Origin: a virus
Taxonomy: Duplodnaviria > Caudoviricetes
Strand: one strand, 5' to 3'
DNA length: 52,668 nucleotides
IMG/VR virus record: IMGVR_UViG_3300025010_000079
Coordinates: 1-52,668 of that record
The notes below the pieces were generated by a model. It did no database searches, was not told the DNA's origin, and saw only the letters and a list, made by a program, of their open reading frames with translations. The position numbers and the translations under genes are program-made. Below, in pieces: positions 40,764 through 51,190 of the stretch; the first letter of the stretch is position 1; each line of letters starts with the position of its first letter.

Positions 40764-40881
40764 CCCAATAGAAAAGACATTTTAAAGTAATTTTAGTAAG
40801 CTTTACAAACTGAGATACACTAATAACAAATCTCAGTTTGTTGTCGTAGACTAAAATTAGAAAATGAAAGAGGTTTTTTAA

Positions 40882-41742
40882 ATGATGTATAATTCAACCG
40901 GAACGACCAACGCAGCCTTGACAATGGCAAAATTAAATCAATTAGCTCCTTCCATTTTTTCCTCTTCTGCTAAAGAAACTTTAACCTCTAAATATAATTT
41001 TATACCGACTGTTCAGGTAGTAAAGGAAATGGAAAAAGAAGGTTGGTTACCAGTTAAAGCAATCGAGTCTAGAACAAACAACGAAGCAAACCAAGGATTC
41101 CAAAAGCATATGGTGCGCTTCAGAAACTTTAATGAACAAGTCCAAAACGAATTAATGGTTGGAGATACATTCGTAGAACTTGTTCTAACAAATTCGCATA
41201 ATGGTCTTTCTTCTTTTGTTTTCAATTGTGGATTATTCCGGCTTGCATGTTCAAATGGTATGGTAGTTTCAGAATCATCATTCGATACTGCACGTATACG
41301 CCATAACAGTTATGAAGCTACACAAGTTATAGACATTTGTGGAGAAACGGTGAAAAAAGCTCCACAAATTACAGGAGCAGTCGAAATGATGAAAAACATA
41401 GAATTAAGTCCTATGGAACAATTAATTTTTGCAAATGCAGCGAAGCCACTAAGATTCGATAAACCCGACGAAATTGACACCGAGCGCATATTGTCGGCAA
41501 AACGTCAAGCAGACAAGGGAAACGACTTGTGGAAAACTTATAACAGGACACAAGAGAATTTGCTAAAAGGAAATGTTCGCTATGATAGACACGATGCTCA
41601 AGGAAGATATTCGGGAAGAGGCCATACGCAAGAAGTAAAGAGCATTGATAAAAATGTTAAGTTAAACCAGGCATTATGGACATTGGCAGAAGAGATGGCA
41701 AAGTTGAAAACTGGTATGGGTATAACAAATGCAGCTAAATAG
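40882..41742 (+). CDS. DUF932/DUF945-family protein
   Basis: LAPSIF, YNFIPT, FQKHMVRFR, LTNSHNG, GLFRLACSNG, DLWKTYNRTQENL, LNQALW. Confidence 0.88.
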   Translation: MMYNSTGTTNAALTMAKLNQLAPSIFSSSAKETLTSKYNFIPTVQVVKEMEKEGWLPVKAIESRTNNEANQGFQKHMVRFRNFNEQVQNELMVGDTFVELVLTNSHNGLSSFVFNCGLFRLACSNGMVVSESSFDTARIRHNSYEATQVIDICGETVKKAPQITGAVEMMKNIELSPMEQLIFANAAKPLRFDKPDEIDTERILSAKRQADKGNDLWKTYNRTQENLLKGNVRYDRHDAQGRYSGRGHTQEVKSIDKNVKLNQALWTLAEEMAKLKTGMGITNAAK

Positions 41743-41864
41743 TTGATACATAGTAAGTAAATGCTTAACCCTTAAAAGTTTGTTTGCTACTAGCAACAAA
41801 ATCAAAATAACGGACATAAAAATTTGTTGCTAGTGTCGAGTAAATTATTAAGGAGTGGTATTAA

Positions 41865-43106
41865 ATGGCAAGAAGAAAACCAACTACGATGTCATGGAAC
41901 ATCAAACAAATTAACACTATGATCAATAAAGGAACAATTCTTTTTTCTCATCCTCTTCAACGTCCTACGGGTCAATGGGAACAAGCAGACAAATCTTTAT
42001 TAGTGGATTCTCTTTTAACTCTCTATTGTCCTGATGTATTCGCCATCAAGGAAAAAACTGAGAACGGCAATACATACAGCATCATTGATGGTCTTCAAAG
42101 ATTATCGACCATTCATGATCTTTTAGCAGACAAATTGACTATGACAGAATTAGAGGACTTCTGCTTAGATGCTACCGGAAACGAAGTCTATAACATTTCA
42201 GGCAAAACATGGTCACAATTCCCTGAAGAAGTCCAAAACGAAATTATGGGTTATACTCTAGGGCTTAAAGTGTTTGAGATTGAAGAGGGAGACGATGAAG
42301 AATCAATTATTGAGGAAATTTTCTATCGCCTTAATAACGGAAAAGGGATGTCTTTAGAACATAAGGCACTAGTAAAAGCTAGTCATAAGGTGCAAAAGTT
42401 TGTTCACAGAATTGCGACAGAACACAAACTATTCACCAACATTGCAAAGTATTCTGAAAAGGCAGTAAAGAAATCAGATATTCCAATGACCATTATGCAA
42501 GCTATTCTTCTTATCTCAAGGTTAGATTATCCTAGCCTAGCAGCAAAGGACATTGAACTGGTATTCTCGAAGAATGAAATAACAGATCAAGTTCTTGACC
42601 TTGTAGAGAAATCTTTTGATCTTATTGCAATGGCATTTCCAGAACAGCATAAATTCGTTACAAAAATCAATATTGTTTCAATGGCCTATTTGTTTGCTAA
42701 TAGTCTTAATCATGATCAAACAATTGTTAATCTTTTGAGATATGTTAATCAAGAGATTAAACCAGGGGACGCTTATAAAGGGTATACTGGCTCCGGCAAC
42801 GTCAAGAAAGAGAAAACCATTAATAGACTTAAAGGTATTCTTAAATTATGTGGTGTTAATGACATTGGATTGCCGATTGTCGAAGAGGTTAAAGTCGAGC
42901 CAGAATTAGAACAAGAAATAATTATTGAGGAACAACCTAAACAAACTGAAAATCTTGATTCTTCCATAACAGCGACCTCAGAATCATACAGCGAAGAAAA
43001 TAAAGAAGAACAACCAGAACAAACTATCAATAATGAACAAAAACAGGATCAAGAATTCCAAGAAGAAACTCAAGCTATTCTAAATATTGTCAATAATGTT
43101 GCATAA
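41865..43106 (+). CDS. DUF262 (GmrS/ParB-like) domain protein with acidic tail
   Basis: LQRPTGQW, LLVDSLL, IIDGLQRLST, IFYRLNNG. Confidence 0.85.
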   Translation: MARRKPTTMSWNIKQINTMINKGTILFSHPLQRPTGQWEQADKSLLVDSLLTLYCPDVFAIKEKTENGNTYSIIDGLQRLSTIHDLLADKLTMTELEDFCLDATGNEVYNISGKTWSQFPEEVQNEIMGYTLGLKVFEIEEGDDEESIIEEIFYRLNNGKGMSLEHKALVKASHKVQKFVHRIATEHKLFTNIAKYSEKAVKKSDIPMTIMQAILLISRLDYPSLAAKDIELVFSKNEITDQVLDLVEKSFDLIAMAFPEQHKFVTKINIVSMAYLFANSLNHDQTIVNLLRYVNQEIKPGDAYKGYTGSGNVKKEKTINRLKGILKLCGVNDIGLPIVEEVKVEPELEQEIIIEEQPKQTENLDSSITATSESYSEENKEEQPEQTINNEQKQDQEFQEETQAILNIVNNVA

Positions 43107-43203
43107 TCCATAAATAATTGTACCTGGAGTCTAGACAATAACATTTAATTTGCTATTGTCTAGCATTCGAGGTAAAGTTATTATATTAAAGGAGTTGGAT
43201 TAA

Positions 43204-43440
43204 ATGAAAAAATGTGCAAAGGAAATTGAAGGCTATATATTTGTTGGGAACACACCAACAGGAGGAGACTTACCAGAACTGAAAAATGTAAAATATCTAA
43301 TCGGCAATGTTGCTTTGGATATTCATGGAAAAGAAATTGATAAAAATTATATGGTTCCATTGTATATTGAAAAAGGAAGAAGTTATGATGAGTATAACAG
43401 AATTATGATGGCACAATTAAGAGCCATAAGAAATAGTTAA
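43204..43440 (+). CDS. Hypothetical protein
   Basis: AAGGAG RBS. Confidence 0.7.
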   Translation: MKKCAKEIEGYIFVGNTPTGGDLPELKNVKYLIGNVALDIHGKEIDKNYMVPLYIEKGRSYDEYNRIMMAQLRAIRNS

Positions 43441-43485
43441 ATTCATGTACTTATGCCATGAGAAAGAGAAAGGATGTAAAACTAA

Positions 43486-43647
43486 ATGGGAAAATACGAT
43501 TTAGAAAAAGCAAAAGAATTAATGAATATGGCTTTACAATTATTAACGGGTCATGTTCCACATATTTATGTTAATGATGCTATTCAGGAGTTAAAAAAGT
43601 CTCTAGATGAAATCGAAAAAGATATTGAACAAATTAAATCTAATTAG
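43486..43647 (+). CDS. 53-aa helical protein (not in ORF track)
   Basis: AAAGGA RBS, ATG 43486. Confidence 0.6.
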   Translation: MGKYDLEKAKELMNMALQLLTGHVPHIYVNDAIQELKKSLDEIEKDIEQIKSN

Positions 43648-43755
43648 CGTGTATGTTCTCAGAGCGTTTCAGCCATAACAAAACAGGTTGAAACGTTGTC
43701 GAGGGTATATAAACTTTAAACTACTCTTAAAAATCAACTAAGGAAGAATACATAA

Positions 43756-44343
43756 ATGAGCGTTACAGCGCAACTCATAATCGAAATCGAAGGTAAAATA
43801 CTAAATGCCCAAACTACTAGTAAACTTGATTTTTGCAAATGGTCAGAATTTGCTTCCTCAGATAATTTATCAGAACTTCCTAAAAATCTTTTATCTCTAA
43901 TGAAAAGGTATGACGAGGTTAAAATGTTGACAATCTCTATAACAAATGGCAATTGTACGATGCTACATTATTCAAAGCGTTATATTGTTAGTTATGATCA
44001 AGTCAGAATTATGAGATGGAAAGAAAGTCAACGGTCATACGATGACATAGAAATCTATACAGGCGAAAAGATGCTAACAACATTTAAGAAAAATCTTAAA
44101 TCTGATTTAGTTGTATTTCTCCAAAAATTTGAAGCAATTCATGTCCAAGAGCTTCACAAATTGATTAAAGGAGATAATTTATTCTGGTATGAGTTAATTT
44201 ATCGTTCTCCGGCTCCAAGTTGTCAACCTGAAGGATATGTAAAAACAAATTATAATAAGGGTCGGCATGGAATCGTAGCGTATACAGAGGAGTTGACATT
44301 GGAACAGATTGAAAAATTTGAGTTAAGGGAATGGAAGGAGTAA
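43756..44343 (+). CDS. Protein with C-terminal DarA-C-like (defence against restriction) domain
   Basis: YELIYRSPAPSCQPEGY...RHGIVAYTEELTLEQIEKFEL. Confidence 0.65.
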   Translation: MSVTAQLIIEIEGKILNAQTTSKLDFCKWSEFASSDNLSELPKNLLSLMKRYDEVKMLTISITNGNCTMLHYSKRYIVSYDQVRIMRWKESQRSYDDIEIYTGEKMLTTFKKNLKSDLVVFLQKFEAIHVQELHKLIKGDNLFWYELIYRSPAPSCQPEGYVKTNYNKGRHGIVAYTEELTLEQIEKFELREWKE

Positions 44344-44506
44344 GAAAGTAAGTTGTAAAATAATTATTTTGGGAATTAGCCTTAATTCCCTTTTTGAGTT
44401 CGTAAAAATATGATATAATGATTATATTAAGTTACGGATTTAAAAAGGCAATTGTGGAAAATAGTTATAACAGTTGACCTATAAAATTTAAAGGAGCGTG
44501 TTGTAA

Positions 44507-45001
44507 ATGGATCAAACAATGTACGAACAACTATTAACTTTAGGTATGCAGGAATCAGAATTAGATAATCATTGCTCTGATTTGTACGTTTTGAAAAATG
44601 CAATTTCCACAAAGTTTGTTAATGAATACGAGTTTAAAATGAATGTTACAACCTTTCGGTCAGAACTTGAAGACAGACAAATCTGGTATGAAATTCCATT
44701 CGCATATGTTGAATATCACAAAGAAAAGATAACTCCCTATTTTCCAAAAGGTAAATTAACTGAGGAAGGGAAAGAGCTTTACTTTCACACTAAAAACGTA
44801 TTTATTGAAGAATTAGAAAAGGTATCTCCAGACAGTGTAAGCGTTATTATCGTAGTTCGGCAAATAGTCAAAAAGGCCATCGACAAATATATTCTTGACT
44901 ATTGCTCAGGTGGTACGAATCCTGAAAATATTTTTTCTGGAGAAGATTTTCAAGGAGTTAGCTGGAAAATACACGATGAAATTATGAACGGAGGATTATA
45001 A
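44507..45001 (+). CDS. Hypothetical protein
   Basis: DNHCSDLYV...WYEIPFAY; own TGATATAAT -10 upstream. Confidence 0.75.
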   Translation: MDQTMYEQLLTLGMQESELDNHCSDLYVLKNAISTKFVNEYEFKMNVTTFRSELEDRQIWYEIPFAYVEYHKEKITPYFPKGKLTEEGKELYFHTKNVFIEELEKVSPDSVSVIIVVRQIVKKAIDKYILDYCSGGTNPENIFSGEDFQGVSWKIHDEIMNGGL

Positions 45002-45003
45002 CA

Positions 45004-45213
45004 ATGTCTTTCTTATGTTTCGATGAAACTTTATCCCAAAGAATTAAAAATGGAATTGTTAATCATGGTTTTATGGTTAGAAGTACAAAGGATAAAAAAG
45101 AAGATAGTATGTTTTTCGAATTTGAATCAGAAGCACAGGAATTTATTAATGAGGTTCTGGAAACCGATAAAACAAAAAAGATGATTATTTCAGAAGTTAA
45201 TTTACACGCATAA
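45004..45213 (+). CDS. Hypothetical protein
   Basis: GGAGG RBS. Confidence 0.7.
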   Translation: MSFLCFDETLSQRIKNGIVNHGFMVRSTKDKKEDSMFFEFESEAQEFINEVLETDKTKKMIISEVNLHA

Positions 45214-45356
45214 CAAACTCAAGCAGTATGAAGAGTAAGAAAATTATTCTTGCTCTTCGAGGTTTAATTATTCTATATATTATGCTATAATGTGAATATA
45301 AAATAGTTTAATATCTAGAGTATTTAAGACTCTATTAAAATTAAGGGGGAATATTA

Positions 45357-47813
45357 ATGTCTAAATCTCTTCAAACTTTAAAAACTAACATTGCTAAAGG
45401 TTCACAAAGATTATCAAAAACCACTGTTAAAAACATTGTCAATGCAGAAGAATTTGAAAAAATTGAGTTGGCATATTCTTATGATGGAAGAGAAGTCCAC
45501 AAAGGGACTTTGATCGAGAATCCTGTTGAATGGTTCAATAAAGAGTATGAATTATTGGAAGTTCGGCTCTACAAAGTAGAAAAAGGTTTAGTCCTAATTC
45601 ATTTGCAATTTCATTCTAACTTATGGTATGCGCTACATATTGACTTAAACAAAAATTATGAAGCAACCAATGCACCAGGAGTAAAAGCAGAAAATAAAGT
45701 TCAAGATGTTCAAACAACCGAAACCAAAAACTATCTTGATACCATGCAAGCAAAATTCAAAACTGGTGAAGGAACAGCAGAAGAGTTAAGATCCTATTAT
45801 ACATATCTAATCGAAAATGTTGATTCTGTAAAAGTTGTAATTCTTGACATGTTGAACAATTCAGAGAAGCACAAACGGAAACGCGCAAATACTAAAGCGG
45901 AATTAACAGAGGAATGTTATAATAACATGGTCGAAGCTCTTGTGTATCATGTTCAAACTTTTCTATCATATGAACATGATTTTTCTAGTACAGGAGGGGC
46001 AAAGGTAAAAGCAATCAAAAATATTCTTGATAACGCCACTGACGAAATGATTCAAGCTCAGTATGCCAAAAATAACGCAGATAAAGAAGCAAGAACAGCA
46101 GATAGAGCAGAATTAATTGAATCAATTAGAAATCCTCAAACTTTGAAAGATTTTCAAAATGTCAAGTATTACCGGAAGGATAAAATCTTGACTATTGAAG
46201 AACAACAACGTTATGACCTTGTATATTCCTTAGACCAAATTGAAAAGAGAATCAAGGAACAGCAAGTAAGAGCAGAAAAAGCAATCTCCAATATTTCTGC
46301 ATCAAATGAGAAATACACCATAACAGCAGACGTTGACACGCGCGACAATTCCCTTTTATGGGTTGTAAAACTTGTTAATAAAGTTGAGCGTGATGAGTAC
46401 AAAGTAATTGCCGATCAAATGAAAATTATTGACGGTTATTATTCAAGATTCAAGAAAGGTTTTATTTTCAAGTATGACCCAACATCTAAATTATTTGGGG
46501 AACATTCTGAAGAAAACCAAGCAGAACAGCAAGAAACACAATGCTATTCTAGCAATAACAGCGACAAACTACGCAAGGTAGCAGACAACATGCAAAGCAC
46601 AATTGACAGTAAAAGAGCAGACAGAAAGACCAATACAGCCAAACGAGCCAGAGAAGCAGCGGGGCAAGAACAACAAGCAGATACAATGGAACAAATGCAG
46701 GGAGTTTTGCGAAATGTTGCAAATGCTATTGAATCAGGTGAATTAACTTTCATTGGTGGAATTGATTCTAGGGCACAAGTTGACACACTGGAAAGTATTC
46801 TTAATCGTGCGAATTGGAGATATAAATCAGTTGAAAATATTGATTATAATGTATGGCATAATTCTCCAATAACAGCCGACATTATCAGGTTCGCAGAAAT
46901 CCCTTCTAGCACTATTTATTTACGTCAATTACAATCCATCATCAATGATATTCGCAATACAGACGGATTCAAATTAATCGCAAACAGACTGCAAAAACTA
47001 ATTGACAGCGCAAAGTTAAAGCAAAAAGATCCAAATCATGACCCTTTGATTGATATTTCAGATTATGACAATGAACTTGACAAAATTTATAAAAACACTG
47101 ATGTTTTGAAAAATCAATATTTTGAAACAGCAATTGAGGAACGCAGGAGACTTGCAAGAATGGGTATAGAATCAGTCGAAGAGTTAAGGACATATCTAAG
47201 GGAGTATTTTAATTATAGGACTGTAAAAAACTCAATTGACCCAACTCAACAAAAAATAAAAGAGTTGGAAAGAAAGTTCAAATTCGATCAAAAGGGAGAC
47301 ATCAATTTTACTCCTTCAGACATTGCCCTCCAAATGATAGAATTGGCTGAAATCACCAATAACAGCAGAGTACTTGAACCTTCAGCCGGAATCGGGAACA
47401 TTGCAGACCAAATTAAAAAGTTTACTCCTAATGTTGATGTTTGTGAAAAAATGTATTCATATTCCGAATTGTTAACTCTCAAAGGTTTTAATGTCGTAGG
47501 AAGTGACTTCTTGAAATATGAAAATAACAATTATTATGACTGTGTGATAATGAATCCCCCATTCAGCCAAGAACAGGAACATATTAAACATGCTTATGAC
47601 CTTCTTAAAGTAGGTGGAAAACTTATTGCTATAACTTCACCGCATTGGACTTTTGCTAATGATAAATCATCAAAAGAATTCCGTCAATGGTTCGAGAATT
47701 TAGGTGGTGAGATTGTGGAAGAATTAGAATCAGGAACTTTTGAGATGACACAAGTTAGATCAAATATAATTGTCATCAATAAAGAGACTGAGACAATGCA
47801 AAAGGCTGTATAA
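45357..47813 (+). CDS. Large multidomain protein with C-terminal N6-adenine DNA methyltransferase
   Basis: FTP, VLEPSAGIG, DFL, IMNPPF in the last ~190 aa; long helical N-terminal part. Confidence 0.85.
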   Translation: MSKSLQTLKTNIAKGSQRLSKTTVKNIVNAEEFEKIELAYSYDGREVHKGTLIENPVEWFNKEYELLEVRLYKVEKGLVLIHLQFHSNLWYALHIDLNKNYEATNAPGVKAENKVQDVQTTETKNYLDTMQAKFKTGEGTAEELRSYYTYLIENVDSVKVVILDMLNNSEKHKRKRANTKAELTEECYNNMVEALVYHVQTFLSYEHDFSSTGGAKVKAIKNILDNATDEMIQAQYAKNNADKEARTADRAELIESIRNPQTLKDFQNVKYYRKDKILTIEEQQRYDLVYSLDQIEKRIKEQQVRAEKAISNISASNEKYTITADVDTRDNSLLWVVKLVNKVERDEYKVIADQMKIIDGYYSRFKKGFIFKYDPTSKLFGEHSEENQAEQQETQCYSSNNSDKLRKVADNMQSTIDSKRADRKTNTAKRAREAAGQEQQADTMEQMQGVLRNVANAIESGELTFIGGIDSRAQVDTLESILNRANWRYKSVENIDYNVWHNSPITADIIRFAEIPSSTIYLRQLQSIINDIRNTDGFKLIANRLQKLIDSAKLKQKDPNHDPLIDISDYDNELDKIYKNTDVLKNQYFETAIEERRRLARMGIESVEELRTYLREYFNYRTVKNSIDPTQQKIKELERKFKFDQKGDINFTPSDIALQMIELAEITNNSRVLEPSAGIGNIADQIKKFTPNVDVCEKMYSYSELLTLKGFNVVGSDFLKYENNNYYDCVIMNPPFSQEQEHIKHAYDLLKVGGKLIAITSPHWTFANDKSSKEFRQWFENLGGEIVEELESGTFEMTQVRSNIIVINKETETMQKAV

Positions 47814-47987
47814 GCTATAACAGCCACGTTATAATGGTTCGATGGTATATAGATATAATTCATAAATAATTATTTATATATTTAATCTATCGAAGGTTAT
47901 TAAGTCCATAACTATGTGATATAATGGGTTATGGACTTATCCATTCAATATGAATTTATTTGTATTATGAAAGGGGAGAAAAGTAAA

Positions 47988-48182
47988 GTGTCTTTATATA
48001 TTATAACCACTAAAGAACAAACCCCTAAAATTTTATATTGGGGATATGATCATCAGGAAGCAAAAAAGATTAAATCAAGTTCAAACAATATTGAAGTATG
48101 GGATCATGGCGAAGTAGTTTTTAACGAAAAAGATCCTAGAGATGGGGATAATGATTATTTATCAAAATATTTTTATTCATAG
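47988..48182 (+). CDS. Hypothetical protein
   Basis: AAGGGGAG RBS then GTG 47988. Confidence 0.6.
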   Translation: MSLYIITTKEQTPKILYWGYDHQEAKKIKSSSNNIEVWDHGEVVFNEKDPRDGDNDYLSKYFYS

Positions 48183-48233
48183 TCTTAATCCGTTGAATTA
48201 CGAATTTCTTGGGAAATGAAAGGAAGTTTTAGA

Positions 48234-48422
48234 ATGAATATACATGATTTAACAAGACTATTAGATGGGGAAGAAATGGAAGTATTAAATGGAACAGGTA
48301 GTATTTTAATTGACTTTGAGGCGAATATGTTTTTAGCGGTAGTCAATGGAAATTCTCTTAATCTTCATAAAACAATTGAAGAAGCAATAGAGGAAATTAA
48401 AGACTATAACAACAAACGATAA
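48234..48422 (+). CDS. Hypothetical acidic protein
   Basis: AAAGGA RBS then ATG 48234. Confidence 0.65.
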   Translation: MNIHDLTRLLDGEEMEVLNGTGSILIDFEANMFLAVVNGNSLNLHKTIEEAIEEIKDYNNKR

Positions 48423-48524
48423 TTAATTGCAGAGTGGTAGAGCGTTATAATAGATCGCGCTCTATTAATGCACAGAGCAGGTCACAAGTCCTGCTAAGAT
48501 GCTAAATATTGAGGAGTATGTATT

Positions 48525-48899
48525 ATGAAAGATTTAAAATTGACTTGTACTAAGCAATATGCATCAGACGAAGATCAATACGGAATTGATTTTATTGTTG
48601 GTGTAGCATACCCAGTGCAAGGTATAACAAATGATGGATACACTTACATGACTTCTGAAAATGGTTCGGACGTTATGCTTAGTAATGAAGAAATGCAAAA
48701 TATTTTTAACATTAACCACGAACCAAAAATTATAACCCTTCCTGATGGTTATAATGGTCATACGATGGATTTTTATCTTTCTCCAATTGCAATAGATGGT
48801 AATTTAGTCAAATTACAAGTTGCAGAAGAGGGGAAGAAATACATGTCTAAATGGTGGCCTTTAGATTATATTGCAAAATGCTTATCTCCTAATATTTAA
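48525..48899 (+). CDS. Hypothetical protein
   Basis: GAGGAG RBS. Confidence 0.75.
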   Translation: MKDLKLTCTKQYASDEDQYGIDFIVGVAYPVQGITNDGYTYMTSENGSDVMLSNEEMQNIFNINHEPKIITLPDGYNGHTMDFYLSPIAIDGNLVKLQVAEEGKKYMSKWWPLDYIAKCLSPNI

Positions 48900-48983
48900 T
48901 CCTTTAAAGCTTACATTTTCTTTGCTTGCTTGAACGCTTGCTAGTATGCTATACTTAAATCATCACAAAGGGAGGTGCCAATA

Positions 48984-49127
48984 ATGCAAGTAACACTTAA
49001 CACCAGACTAGAGGCAGAGATTAGGCAAAGATTAAACGCTTATGTAAAAAAGGTAAACCGTCCTATGGCTCAAATTATTGCTGAAGCTATTCAGAAATAT
49101 CTAGACGAAAATGAGGAAAAAGGTTAA
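48984..49127 (+). CDS. 47-aa ribbon-helix-helix DNA-binding protein (not in ORF track)
   Basis: MQVTLNTRLEAEIRQRLNAYVKKVNRPMAQIIAEAIQKYLDE; GGAGGT RBS; own promoter. Confidence 0.8.
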   Translation: MQVTLNTRLEAEIRQRLNAYVKKVNRPMAQIIAEAIQKYLDENEEKG

Positions 49128-49213
49128 TTTTTTATTGACGAACGCTTGCAAGCGTGATACAATGTAATTAATCCAGTAAATATTATTTATTGATTTATAG
49201 GAGGGAATTTAGA

Positions 49214-49399
49214 ATGCAAAGAAGATTTTACTCTTTAGAAGAACTAGAAGAAATGGGTTACAAGATTCTTGATGAAAAGAATATTCCAATTATCGAAAAA
49301 CATCTTGCAGAAGAAATTGATTTGTTTGTTACTGATGATCTGAGAATTGAAAGTGAAGCAGGAATTTATCTTGCAGAAGTATCTTATCAAGAGTTTTAA
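49214..49399 (+). CDS. Hypothetical acidic protein
   Basis: AGGAGGG RBS then ATG 49214; TTGACG...TACAAT promoter. Confidence 0.7.
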   Translation: MQRRFYSLEELEEMGYKILDEKNIPIIEKHLAEEIDLFVTDDLRIESEAGIYLAEVSYQEF

Positions 49400-49498
49400 T
49401 TTCTGAATTGAAACCACGTAACACAAAACACTTTATAACAAATTAAATTTTGTGTTACGGTTTGAGTCTAGAAATTAATTTGAAAGAGGGAATATGTC

Positions 49499-49948
49499 AT
49501 GTTAACAGTCAAAAAACTTCAAGATGCCAAAAAGGAATTATTAAAACGTGGTGGAGCAATTTATGTTGTGCAATCTGGTGGAAATGTTGAAGTATGGGTA
49601 AATTCAGAAGGATACAGTGCAGTATCTATTGGTACTCATGTAATTCAAATGTTAGACAAAGGGAATATTGATTATGACAATGTGTTTTATCAAAGCAAAA
49701 ATCAAGAAATGAGCTTGCAGAAATTTTGCGACATGGTTAATGAGGAATATTGTGAAGACGAAACATCAAATTGGATACTAAATAGAGTGGATGAAAACGG
49801 CAATCTTTTCTCAGGTTATCAAGGTAGAGCAGAAAACGTAACACGTCAACAGGCAATAACAGATTACCTTTATTACTTGGAGACATCAGAAGGCATTGAG
49901 AATCCTAAATGTGATTGTATTGAAATTGATTGGGAGCAACTGATTTAG
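49499..49948 (+). CDS. Hypothetical protein
   Basis: 149 aa with RBS. Confidence 0.75.
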   Translation: MLTVKKLQDAKKELLKRGGAIYVVQSGGNVEVWVNSEGYSAVSIGTHVIQMLDKGNIDYDNVFYQSKNQEMSLQKFCDMVNEEYCEDETSNWILNRVDENGNLFSGYQGRAENVTRQQAITDYLYYLETSEGIENPKCDCIEIDWEQLI

Positions 49949-50003
49949 CAAACCAAATGAAACGAAACAATAAATTTACGGGAGCGAAAGGAGGGATTTA
50001 ACA

Positions 50004-50111
50004 ATGTATATTTGCTTAAAATGCGGTGAAGATTTTGATAACAATAAAACAGGTTCAGAAGAATGTCCTAGATGTGGAAGTGAAGAAACTGTAATTAATA
50101 GGGAATATTAA
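50004..50111 (+). CDS. 35-aa zinc-ribbon peptide
   Basis: AAGGAGG RBS; CLKC...CPRC. Confidence 0.65.
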   Translation: MYICLKCGEDFDNNKTGSEECPRCGSEETVINREY

Positions 50112-50247
50112 TTTAATGACTTGAAGAGCTTATGCTCTTTACTTGAAATCTGATATAACAGCAGGACTGTAATGGTTGCCGGATTTTAAGTAAAGGATAT
50201 AAACCCAATCATTATAACCTTAAATAAAATCAAAGGAGGCCACAACA

Positions 50248-50355
50248 ATGAGTAAATTAAAATTACTTCATGAGTTCAAAAATATCTGTGACACTCACTC
50301 AATTCCATTCACTTTCGAAAACTTTGAAAAACTTATCGCTCATATTTCTAAGTAA
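50248..50355 (+). CDS. 35-aa peptide
   Basis: AAAGGAGG RBS. Confidence 0.55.
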   Translation: MSKLKLLHEFKNICDTHSIPFTFENFEKLIAHISK

Positions 50356-50422
50356 TCTTACATATCTTATATCAAACTCAAACCCTAAAACCTAAAATAA
50401 AATTTGAAAGAAGGTAATCATT

Positions 50423-50701
50423 ATGCAAAAACCTGAAAACTCCCAAAATCTATCTCTAAACGCTTCAATTCTAAATTCCTTATATCTAGGTAAAAAGATG
50501 GTTTATCGTTTCTTCAAAGGAGAAATTATTAATATTGCATATTATTCTGACCTTGAACCAGTACCCTATGCAGAGGTAAAATTAACATTATGGAACAACC
50601 GGAATGTAACTAAGATCATGAAGTTATCCGATGTGGTTATTGTGGCTTCTGGTAAAGAAAAGAAGGATAAGAAAGCAAAGAAATCCAAAGTAGCAGCATA
50701 A
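50423..50701 (+). CDS. Hypothetical basic protein
   Basis: GAAGGT RBS. Confidence 0.7.
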   Translation: MQKPENSQNLSLNASILNSLYLGKKMVYRFFKGEIINIAYYSDLEPVPYAEVKLTLWNNRNVTKIMKLSDVVIVASGKEKKDKKAKKSKVAA

Positions 50702-50854
50702 TTAATGTGGTTTAATAGGCATTGTATAAAGCGTAAAATAAATATAACAAATGATGTCCATGCGCTCATACAATGCAATTTTAAAATACATTGGTTAGAA
50801 GAATGTATTAGTTATTTTAGCAATAACAAAAGTATTAAGGAGGCTGGAGTCATA

Positions 50855-51112
50855 ATGTCAAACATAAATGTTCTAAAATCTAATCATGATATTATTCTTA
50901 GAGAAGCAAATCAGAAGGGATTTAATTATACAGGAGATAATCTACTCTCCTATGCTCAATGGCTCAAACGTGGATATGTAATAACAAGAGGCCAAAAAGC
51001 ATTCATTAAAGTCTATCTCTGGAATCAAGGAGGGAATAGAAAAATATTAACTGGACTCTTTACATCAGAACAAGTGAAGAAAGTTCGATGTATCGAATTA
51101 ATTATGGTATAA
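50855..51112 (+). CDS. ArdC N-terminal-like (ssDNA-binding) small protein
   Basis: SYAQWLKRGYVITRGQKA...LFTSEQV; AAGGAGG RBS before ATG 50855. Confidence 0.65.
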   Translation: MSNINVLKSNHDIILREANQKGFNYTGDNLLSYAQWLKRGYVITRGQKAFIKVYLWNQGGNRKILTGLFTSEQVKKVRCIELIMV

Positions 51113-51190
51113 TCTTGTAAATGGCAAATATGTTATAACAGCATGAATTATAAGGTTCGGAGATTATTTGAATGAAAGGATGTTTTGCAT

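Noticed and set aside
48430-48497. tRNA gene (AGTGGTAGAGCG and GCAGGTCACAAGTCCTGC resemble D- and T-arms)
   Set aside because: No acceptor stem, no canonical anticodon arm and no TTC T-loop; folds better as two simple hairpins.
40120-50205. Classical integron attC sites
   Set aside because: Hairpins lack consistent RYYYAAC/GTTRRRY ends, and no integron integrase is present in the window.
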